The notes beneath the pieces were generated by a model. That model was given only the letters and a program-made list of their open reading frames with translations, ran no database searches and was not told the DNA's origin. Made by a program: the position numbers and the translations under genes. This document shows, piece after piece, positions 1-7,050 of a stretch of DNA of 18,919 nt. The first letter of the stretch is position 1. The number at the start of each line of letters is the position of its first letter. Source of the DNA: Pseudobdellovibrionaceae bacterium (GTDB taxonomy: Bacteria > Bdellovibrionota > Bdellovibrionia > Bdellovibrionales > Bdellovibrionaceae); contig JBDHWW010000055.1 in the NCBI GenBank assembly GCA_039810425.1, positions 1-18,919 of the forward strand, read 5' to 3'.

Positions 1-329
1 AAACCGCTCCCAGCACCTACGAAGTCGTCAAATCGCGAAAGTCATAACGCCAGGCATGTGGATATGGAGGTAATTTTTTTTTCATTTTCAAGTAACCATA
101 CATTTGGTCTGCGATGTTGTCTAGAAAGGGAATGAATAAATGGCAGTGGTCGATCACTGGCAAAGAGACTTTCTGAACGAGGACTTAACTGGTGACCAAA
201 AGGCCAGCTCACCTGAGCACGCCGGACAAATTCAAACAGCCTTGTCGTGTTTCCGGACCGCAGCGCCAATGCTGCCATCAATAAAGCGATCCTAAATGAT
301 CATGGCAGTTGCAGATACGGCCTCTGCCG

Positions 330-1835
330 ATGTCTGTACCCAATGCCCAAACCTATCACTATCAGCGCCACGAACCCGAAAAAACCACACTCTATAAGCT
401 GATTCAGGAAAATTGGCTGACGTTCCAACAGCAGGTCGAACATGACCTGGGGTATCCGCTGCCAGATTTTGTGATCAAAGAGTTTGAAGAGTATTTACGC
501 TGCGGAATTTTGGCCCACGGATTCTTAAGGGCTCAGTGCACCAGCTGCCATCACGAGATGCTGGTGGCGTTTAGCTGCAAAAAACGAGGATTCTGTCCAT
601 CATGTGGAGCAAGGCGGATGTCAGAGACCGCAGCGCATTTAGTCGATCACGTTCTACCACACAAAAACATTCGCCAGTGGGTGCTGACATTCCCGGTGCC
701 GATCAGGCTGTGTTTGGCAGTTCGTCCAAAAGTTATGGCGCGCGCTTTAGACATAGCACATCTGGTGATCGGTCAATACTACCGCAAAAAAGCAGGGCTT
801 ACTGTGAGCAACTCGAAGTCCGGAGCAGTAACACTAATTCAGCGATTCGGCGGAAGCCTGAACCTGAACATCCATTTCCATCAGCTGTTCGTTGATGGCT
901 GCTATGAACTGAACCAACAAAAAGAACCCATCGACTTCTGGGTAGCAAACCCACCAACGGTTAAAGAGATCGAAGAGGTTCTAACAAAAATCATTAACAA
1001 ATTAACCAAGTACCTGGAACGACTAAAAATCATCATCCGCGATGATGACGACGATGGATTCCAAATCCCAATACCAGACGAAGATACTTTGTCAAAGCTT
1101 CAAGCCACATCAGTGACCTACAGATTTGCCACAGGCAAAAGTAAAGGCAAAAAAGCAATGGTGCTGAAGTCCATCACCGACAACGATCACACAGCTACAA
1201 AAGGGCTTGTTGCCAAACACTCAGGGTTTTCGCTGCACGCAGGAGTTGCCACCAAAGCTCATGAACGGGATCGATTGGAAAAAGTGTGTCGGTATATCGC
1301 TAGACCTGCTGTCGCCGAAGAGCGACTTTCTACCAACGATCAAGGTGACGTGATTTACAGGTTCAAAAAACCGTGGGATGACGGAACCACCGCAATGAAG
1401 CTAGCACCGATGGAGTTGATGGAACGGCTTGTGGCGCTGGTTCCACGGCCTAGGGTTCATCTAACACGATACCACGGCGTACTTGGACCCCATTATAAAC
1501 ACAGAAAACAAATAGTTCCAAAACCACCGCAACTAAAACTAGTACAAGATCAAGAAATCATCGAGTCAAAGCAGCTGGAACTGGAAAAGAAAAACATCCC
1601 CTGGGCAAGACTGCTTGCAAGGGTCTTCAACATTGACGTGGAAACCTGCGCCAAGTGCGGAGGCCAAATGAAAATCATTGCTGCCATCGAGGACCCCAAA
1701 GTGATTCGAAAGATTCTTGATCATATGGGGCTACCCACAAAACCACCGCCGTTGCAACCAGCCAGGGGGCCACCATCGCGAGATAGTCACCTCACAGATG
1801 ACTTTTGCCAGCAGCATTTCGAAGACTTTCAATAA
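330..1835 (+). CDS. IS91/ISCR-family HUH transposase (ATG 330 preferred over TTG 309)
   Basis: N-terminal Zn-binding domain (LRCG..HGF..CTSC..FSCKKRGFCPSC), RQWVLTFP, IQRFG, HUH motif NIHFH, GFSLHA, single-Tyr CRYIARP motif typical of ISCR, HLTRYHGVL, and C-terminal WARLLARVFNIDVETCAKCGG. Confidence 0.95.
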   Translation: MSVPNAQTYHYQRHEPEKTTLYKLIQENWLTFQQQVEHDLGYPLPDFVIKEFEEYLRCGILAHGFLRAQCTSCHHEMLVAFSCKKRGFCPSCGARRMSETAAHLVDHVLPHKNIRQWVLTFPVPIRLCLAVRPKVMARALDIAHLVIGQYYRKKAGLTVSNSKSGAVTLIQRFGGSLNLNIHFHQLFVDGCYELNQQKEPIDFWVANPPTVKEIEEVLTKIINKLTKYLERLKIIIRDDDDDGFQIPIPDEDTLSKLQATSVTYRFATGKSKGKKAMVLKSITDNDHTATKGLVAKHSGFSLHAGVATKAHERDRLEKVCRYIARPAVAEERLSTNDQGDVIYRFKKPWDDGTTAMKLAPMELMERLVALVPRPRVHLTRYHGVLGPHYKHRKQIVPKPPQLKLVQDQEIIESKQLELEKKNIPWARLLARVFNIDVETCAKCGGQMKIIAAIEDPKVIRKILDHMGLPTKPPPLQPARGPPSRDSHLTDDFCQQHFEDFQ

Positions 1836-1963
1836 ATCAACGACTAAGAAATTCAGTCGCAATGGGCTCCTTCGTTCAAAATCTAAAAAATCATTCTAGA
1901 AAATAAATTTCACGGCGAAATCTTCGGAAAATTATGAAATTCATTGCCAAAGACACGTCCTAA

Positions 1964-2968
1964 TCACACAATTTTAACAATAAGTACGGAAAAACTGATG
2001 TTCATATTGAGTAATTCGGCCTTTAAAATTCCTATCCTCATCCACTCAACATCCGGGGCCAGTCCAATCAAAATGAAACCTATCCCTAAAAAGAGAAGCC
2101 CGTAAAAATAAAGCTCCCATAACCTTTTTCTTTCCCTATTCCCAAAGTAAAGGGCGCCAATAAAGTTACCTACTCCGTATGAGGCCATAACCAATCCGAA
2201 ATAACGGGGGTCATTGCCACTCATCTCATGCACCAGAAGTGGAAAGCCAATCGCGATAACCAAGTTCCAGCAACCGGCTGTGACGGCCTTAGAAAAGAAA
2301 ACGTAACTCATTCCTGGGACACTGCGGGCCAGGTGAAAACCAGAGAGCACTGCCGTTTTAAAATTACTCTTAGGCATCTTCGAGTAATCCATTGGCGGAA
2401 GATATTTCTTTAACGAGTAAATGCAGTAAGCTGACACACAAAATGTCACAGCATCAATAGTGAAGAAATGAATCATCGGGATAAAGGCAGATAAAAGTCC
2501 AACGATGGCCGGACCTATCATGCGGGCCATGCGAATGGTAGTGCTCATCAAACCATTCGTTGACTGCATCAGCTCAGTGTTGCCGGCAAGAATAGGAATA
2601 AGACCTTGAGTGGCTGGATCAAAAAAAGCACTGAGTCCGGCAAGTGTAAAGGCCATCACCCACAATAGGACCAGTGGTGTCGGCATAAAAAAAGAAACGA
2701 CTACGGGAGTAAGAACAATCAATGCGCGGATGAAATCCACACACATCATCGTTCGCCTGGGATTCCAGCGATCGGCCCACTTGCCTCCGATAAAAGAAAG
2801 CAGCATAAGCGAAGCGGTCTGTCCTGCTGCCAAGTAACCTGTGTCGGGACCCATAAGGCCTACAGCAAGCCAGATAAGACCTACGCGGTAGATTTCATCC
2901 CCAATAGAAGAGAAGGCCTGGCCGAACCAGAGACGCAAAATTTGAGGCTGCTTAAGTGCCTTGATCAT
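1964..2968 (-). pseudogene. MFS transporter (DHA3/MefA-like efflux type), 3'-truncated by the ISCR oriIS; likely start ATG 2968
   Basis: LWFGQAFSSIGD, motif A GGKWADRWNPRR, FFDPA and RMIGPAIVG are present. The native part is only about 310 aa and lacks the last TM helices. After ...APDVEWM the frame runs through oriIS DNA (RIGILKAE...). Confidence 0.85.
2019..2038 (+). other. oriIS-like end of the ISCR element
   Basis: GCCTTTAAAATTCCTATCC resembles the G..TT.AA.TTCCTAT.C end of ISCR/IS91 elements (recalled consensus) and coincides with the MFS break. Confidence 0.75.
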
Positions 2969-3081
2969 AGAAGATAAATTAGCACTTATTTCAGAAGTCG
3001 CCTCGAGAAATATATCCGAGTGATGCACTTTTATTTCTGCGTAATATTTATTTAAAGACGCTTTTATCCGATAGGATTTTC

Positions 3082-3525
3082 ATGAAAAAATTAAACATCA
3101 CATTCTTGTTTTCTCTACTTCTTCTTAACACTGGATGCGCTCAATTTTCTGAGTCAGAAAGAATCCCCGCTTCTGGAGCAACAAATATTATTTCAACACC
3201 CAAGAGCATTGGTTTTATCTTTTTAGGGAAAACAAAATCATTAAGAGAAGAGATCTCTTCTGCCAAGTATGTTTTAGGCGAAGACATAGAGCGCGATAGA
3301 TTAATCCAAAAAGACTGGACGCCAATTGGCGACTTCATTGTCAGACCTGGAACAGTTTTAAAACTGACAAAAAACACCTATATGTACACCAAGGCCGCTG
3401 ACATCATTCGCGGTGTCGATAAAAATAGCGCGCTTTTTCTAAAAGAAGGCACTAAGGTGCGCATTCTTCAATACAACCAAAGCTCTTTGACGGCCACGAC
3501 GGCCATCATTGAAGTAATAGATTAA
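3082..3525 (+). CDS. Hypothetical lipoprotein with RIPAS motif after the lipobox
   Basis: MKK plus hydrophobic stretch plus LNTG-C19; 147-aa ORF; AGGA upstream. Confidence 0.75.
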   Translation: MKKLNITFLFSLLLLNTGCAQFSESERIPASGATNIISTPKSIGFIFLGKTKSLREEISSAKYVLGEDIERDRLIQKDWTPIGDFIVRPGTVLKLTKNTYMYTKAADIIRGVDKNSALFLKEGTKVRILQYNQSSLTATTAIIEVID

Positions 3526-3612
3526 TTCTCACACTGCAACATTCTACTTATTATCTTCATTTTTTCTAAATATCTTATATAGTATTGGGCATAACAATTT
3601 TTTGGAGATTTT

Positions 3613-4083
3613 ATGAAGAAGAGTTTATCCCTGATCGCTATGTTGGCCGCAGCACTTGTGGTTTCAAGCTGCGCAAGCAACAAAACAACATCTGAAAAAG
3701 TAGAACAAAAAGTAAAGGCCGTTCCTACTTCAATGACAAAATCAATTGAGCACACTGTAAAGGAACAAATCCAGACGTCTACTCTTTCTCAAGACAAAAA
3801 AGACAAGCTTCTTGCTCTTGAAGAAAAAGCAGCAGCTGAGCGCAAAGAAATTACAGAAGAAATCGAAAAAACAAAAGTTGTCATGATTGAAACTGTTCTT
3901 GCTCCAAAAATGAACGAGAAAGAGTTCAATTCGCTAAGAAGCAAAATCAAAGCTCTTGATAAAAAGAGACTGGACAATGGTTTTAAAACTCTAAGAGAAG
4001 TTCGCAATATCATCGATCCAAAATCAGCTGAACACCAAGAGATCTACAAAGCAGTTATTGAAAACCGCCTAAGAGGCTTCTAA
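3613..4083 (+). CDS. Hypothetical helical lipoprotein (possibly Spy/CpxP-like periplasmic protein)
   Basis: GGAG RBS, signal peptide with VVSS-C lipobox, charged amphipathic helices (LSQDKKDKL), followed by a terminator. Confidence 0.8.
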   Translation: MKKSLSLIAMLAAALVVSSCASNKTTSEKVEQKVKAVPTSMTKSIEHTVKEQIQTSTLSQDKKDKLLALEEKAAAERKEITEEIEKTKVVMIETVLAPKMNEKEFNSLRSKIKALDKKRLDNGFKTLREVRNIIDPKSAEHQEIYKAVIENRLRGF

Positions 4084-4087
4084 TATC

Positions 4088-4116
4088 AAGGCCCGCTTTA
4101 AGCGGGCCTTTTTTTT
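4088..4116 (+). terminator. Rho-independent terminator
   Basis: Perfect stem AAGGCCCGCT-TTA-AGCGGGCCTT followed by a T run, immediately after stop 4083. Confidence 0.9.
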
Positions 4117-4156
4117 GCAATCTTTTCTCTTAAGGAATAAACCTTAGGAGATAACA

Positions 4157-4825
4157 ATGGATTTGCGCTCTTCTGAAAATTTCTGGCCGATCAAAAATGG
4201 ACTTTTGGGGATTTTTCCCTCACTCAAGCAATCACTCAAAGGCGACATTGCCATCATGGGGGCCGGTATTTCCGGGGCCATCATGGCCGACACTCTCTGC
4301 AAACTTGGATTTGACGTCATCATGCTGGACAAGCGCCACTGTGGATTTGGCAGTACAGCTGCAAGCACTGCCCTCATCCAATATGAGATCGACACTCCCC
4401 TTTATGAATTAATAAAAAAACGCGGAGTCAATCATGCCGTCCAAAGCTACAGGCTTTGTGTCGAGGCCATCGGGCATCTTGAAGCCCTGGCAAAACAATT
4501 TCCCCAAACCGGATTTAAACGTCATCCAAGCTTTCAATTTACTTCCTCAAAATCTCATCTTCACGACCATCAAAAAGAAGAAGAACTCAGAAAGCTCTAC
4601 CATATTTCAGACACCGAATGGCTTACCTCTGCCGATATCAAAAAAATGTTCTCTTTTAATAAGCATGGGGGAATATTCTCAAAGGACGGAGCTGTTCTTG
4701 ATCCCTTTCAGCTCACGTATGCCCTTATCTCCTCTCATCATAAAAAAAACCTGCGCGTCTTCGACAACACAGAGGTGCTCGATATCATCCACCACCAAAA
4801 AGGCGTCACTTTACAATGCTCATAG
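4157..4825 (+). pseudogene. FAD-dependent oxidoreductase (DadA/PuuB-like), 3'-truncated at about 4819
   Basis: AGGAG RBS; Rossmann DIAIMGAGISG and GSTAASTALIQYEID. It stops at 222 aa, where the inverted transposase fragment starts; the family is normally about 400 aa. Confidence 0.85.
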
Positions 4826-5110
4826 CAGCCATCAACGAACAGCTGATGGAAATGGATGTTCAGGTTCAGGCTTCCGCCGAATCGCTGAATTAGTGTTACT
4901 GCTCCGGACTTCGAGTTGCTCACAGTAAGCCCTGCTTTTTTGCGGTAGTATTGACCGATCACCAGATGTGCTATGTCTAAAGCGCGCGCCATAACTTTTG
5001 GACGAACTGCCAAACACAGCCTGATCGGCACTGGAAATGTCAGCACCCACTGGCGAATGTTTTTGTGCGGCAGAACGTGATCCACCAGATGGGCTGCGGT
5101 CTCCGACATC
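4820..5110 (-). repeat. Inverted 291-bp internal copy of the transposase gene (equals 617-907)
   Basis: Manual alignment gives 282/291 identical. 4820-5031 is identical to 696-907, and 9 synonymous differences fall in 5032-5104. Confidence 0.95.
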
Positions 5111-5290
5111 AACCAAATCCCCATGCTCATCCAGCGTTAAATTTGAAATGAGCCTTTTAACTCGAATTTAACGGGGGCCTGAGTTTTAAACTACGACAGA
5201 ATTATCGGGGACAAGTCTGATTTAACCGTGACTGTTGCATAGGTCCCCAGACCGTTGATCAACCAGACTGACCTTTTGTTCACTTTAGAC

Positions 5291-5328
5291 AAAAAAATAG
5301 GGAGCCACCTTATTTGGTGACTCCCTAT
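5291..5328 (-). terminator. Rho-independent terminator downstream of the recombinase
   Basis: Stem ATAGGGAGCCACC/GGTGACTCCCTAT (one wobble), followed by a T run on the minus strand. Confidence 0.8.
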
Positions 5329-5363
5329 CGTTGGCCGCTAATTTTTTTATCCGATAAATCCAA

Positions 5364-6152
5364 TCAGTCATAAGTTTCGTATCCGGCGTGGCCCATGACG
5401 GATTGAACTTTATCACGAGCTTCAGACTCGATTTTTTGTTGCACCTGTTTGACGATGTCATCGGATACGTTCATCGTCTTCATGGTTTCAATTGTTTCCA
5501 AGGTGCTGTTTTGCTTGATCTGATTTTGGAGCTCTTGAATTTTTTCTTGTTCAAGCTTTGCTTTCTTTGCAAGAAGTTCTTTTTTAGACGCTGATACCGA
5601 ACCATGTGAACAGCGAGCGATCCTCGCGACCTCTCTGAAACTAAGACCTGCTTCTAAAAGCGAGTGTATTAGGGCATCGTTTCTTTTGCGGACCCGGCCT
5701 ATGATTTTCCCTTTTGCCTTGGCATTTCTCATTCCGGCCTTTACTCGTTCTTGTATCATTGAACGCTCCAGCTGCGCCAGCGAGCCCAAAATCGTGAACA
5801 TTGCGACCCCCATGCTAGATTCAGTGTCGATTTGCTCAGTAATACTGACAAAACGAGTTTTGCAGTCCTTAAAAATCTGTAATCCTTTAAGTAAGTGCAT
5901 CGTGGATCGGGCAAACCGACTGAAGGCAAAAACGATGACTTGTTCCGCCTCTAAATTTTTTACTCGTTCCATCATTTTATCTAAAGCGGGACGGCTTTCT
6001 TTGGCTCCAGAAACTCCGTGGTCAGTGAATGTTTCAAAATCAATTATATTGTTTCGGCTACACCATTCGTTTAAGGCTCTTGCCTGTGACTCTGCACCTC
6101 CAATTTGATCCAATGTTGAAACTCTGATGTATAAAAATGTTTTTCTCGACAT
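5364..6152 (-). CDS. Serine recombinase (resolvase/invertase family) with HTH and extra C-terminal helical tail
   Basis: YIRVST catalytic Ser motif, DHGVSG..RPAL, FSRFARS, AQLERSMIQERV..G..GR, HTH (GLSFREVARIARCSHGSV), then about 65 extra charged residues; AAAGGA RBS. Confidence 0.93.
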   Translation of the reverse strand: MSRKTFLYIRVSTLDQIGGAESQARALNEWCSRNNIIDFETFTDHGVSGAKESRPALDKMMERVKNLEAEQVIVFAFSRFARSTMHLLKGLQIFKDCKTRFVSITEQIDTESSMGVAMFTILGSLAQLERSMIQERVKAGMRNAKAKGKIIGRVRKRNDALIHSLLEAGLSFREVARIARCSHGSVSASKKELLAKKAKLEQEKIQELQNQIKQNSTLETIETMKTMNVSDDIVKQVQQKIESEARDKVQSVMGHAGYETYD

Positions 6153-6190
6153 GGGCTACGTCCTTTATGAAAAATTTTAATATTTGGAAT

Positions 6191-6224
6191 AAAAAGAAAA
6201 AACCCACGAAGGTCACCCGTGGGT
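6191..6224 (-). terminator. Terminator-like hairpin between the small ORF and the recombinase
   Basis: ACCCACG-N9-CGTGGGT (6202-6224), followed on the minus strand by a T-rich run. Confidence 0.55.
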
Positions 6225-6285
6225 AAAAATAATTTTCATTTTTTTGATTCAGCTTTTTTAAAAAACTGAAAAATTCGTTACACAG

Positions 6286-6453
6286 CTATTTGTCCAAGAG
6301 CATTCTGGTGTACTTGGAATAAGAGATCATGCCTTTTTGAGTTTTTTCGCCAGCCATACCCATCAACTGCAAGGTGCAGAACTTCAGCTGCCCCATGAGC
6401 GCAAGAATAATCCCTAGCCTTACCACAAACGATACAAATTTTACGATTTCCAA
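6286..6453 (-). CDS. Small (55 aa) single-TM hypothetical protein, absent from the ORF track
   Basis: GGAGG SD (6459-6463) 5 nt before TTG. Translates MEIVKFVSFVVRLGIILALMGQLKFCTLQLMGMAGEKTQKGMISYSKYTRMLLDK and is followed by a terminator-like hairpin. Confidence 0.7.
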   Translation of the reverse strand: MEIVKFVSFVVRLGIILALMGQLKFCTLQLMGMAGEKTQKGMISYSKYTRMLLDK

Positions 6454-6592
6454 AAGGACCTCCAAAAAATTAAGATCGAATTCGCTACCAGAGCGAGTTC
6501 AATTTATCAGGCGACTCCATGACGGCGTCCCCGCTAAATCAAAATCAGCCCGGGAGCGAATCCTTGTTAAAATTCCGTCCCCGAAAATTGCG

Positions 6593-6624
6593 TGTAGCAA
6601 AAGTTGTAGCAAAATGTAGTAAAG
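6593..6624 (+). repeat. Three direct repeats TGTAG(C/T)AAA(A), integrase arm-site-like
   Basis: TGTAGCAAAA at 6593-6602 and 6605-6614, and TGTAGTAAAG at 6615-6624, about 120-150 bp from the tRNA 3' end. Confidence 0.7.
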
Positions 6625-6745
6625 TTTTGAAATACCCAGAAATACTCTGAAATATTCTCCGAAGATTTGTGCAGCCTCGTTCGTGTTATTAAGTACTTAA
6701 TGCGATTGATAATTTTGAAATTTGCGATTTTTTCGAGAGAGTAAA

Positions 6746-6835
6746 TGGCGGACAGGGTGAGATTCGAACTCACGGTGGCGGTTAGACCACACACGCGTTC
6801 CAGGCGTGCGCCTTAAACCACTCGGCCACCTGTCC
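6746..6835 (-). tRNA. tRNA-Ser(GGA)
   Basis: Reverse complement GGACAGGTGGCCGAGTGGTTTAAGGCGCACGCCTGGAACGCGTG...GTGAGTTCGAATCTCACCCTGTCCGCCA: 90 nt, long variable arm, GGA anticodon, encoded CCA. Confidence 0.97.
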
Positions 6836-6860
6836 ACTTTGGAACGTAATTGAAGGGCTA

Positions 6861-6890
6861 GGTTTAGCATGCTGAATATCGCCCGGTCAA
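6861..6890 (-). promoter_or_regulatory. Putative sigma70 promoter of the tRNA
   Basis: TTGACC-N18-TAAACC with an extended -10 TG, about 25 bp upstream of the tRNA. Confidence 0.4.
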
Positions 6891-7050
6891 AGCTGGATTT
6901 AGGTAAAAATTAAGGAAAATCGTCGCCAGAGGCCGTTTATTTTGAAATGATATCCCTGGAAGGCGGTCGGGCGTCCAGACCAATCTCCTGAAAATAAGCG
7001 CAAAGATGAAGCGGCTCCCTTTCTTTGGCTATACTGAAAGTGGAGGATGC

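Larger units (their letters stand above)
140..2038 (+). mobile_element. ISCR-like (IS91-family) rolling-circle element; right end (oriIS) near 2037-2039, left end (terIS) not determined
   Basis: HUH transposase followed about 200 bp downstream by GCCTTTAAAATTCCTATCC, where the neighbouring MFS gene is truncated. The left coordinate is only the start of an upstream hairpin-rich tract. Confidence 0.75.
1..6745. mobile_element. Accessory/genomic island adjacent to the 3' end of tRNA-Ser(GGA); left boundary lies outside the window
   Basis: Contains a transposase, a recombinase, truncated genes and AT-richer DNA. It ends at the tRNA CCA end (6746), beyond which housekeeping genes begin. No duplicated tRNA 3' fragment (att) is seen in the window. 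Confidence 0.7.

Noticed and set aside
42..281. 79-aa ORF and other short overlapping ORFs in the track (e.g. 602-895, 4434-4928, 6374-6619, 6567-6794)
   Set aside because: Shadow frames of real genes, the tRNA or element ends; no RBS or recognisable motifs.
617..907. Diversity-generating retroelement TR/VR pair
   Set aside because: No reverse transcriptase; the differences are synonymous and not restricted to adenines.
4816..5130. ATGCTCAT direct repeat as a target-site duplication
   Set aside because: Removing the insert does not restore the oxidoreductase (the frame closes after about 13 codons with no family-like sequence), and IS91-type elements do not make TSDs.
4738..5130. 130-aa ORF as a real gene
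   Set aside because: It is a chimera of the transposase fragment and antisense oxidoreductase DNA, lacks the catalytic Tyr and has no convincing RBS.
5106..5135. LDEHGDLVDV peptide on the minus strand resembling IS6 transposase DDE region
   Set aside because: Only 10 codons, with no flanking IS6 similarity or terminal repeats.
6593..6624. CRISPR array or iterons
   Set aside because: Repeats are 10 bp with 0-2 bp spacing; no spacers, cas genes or rep gene.
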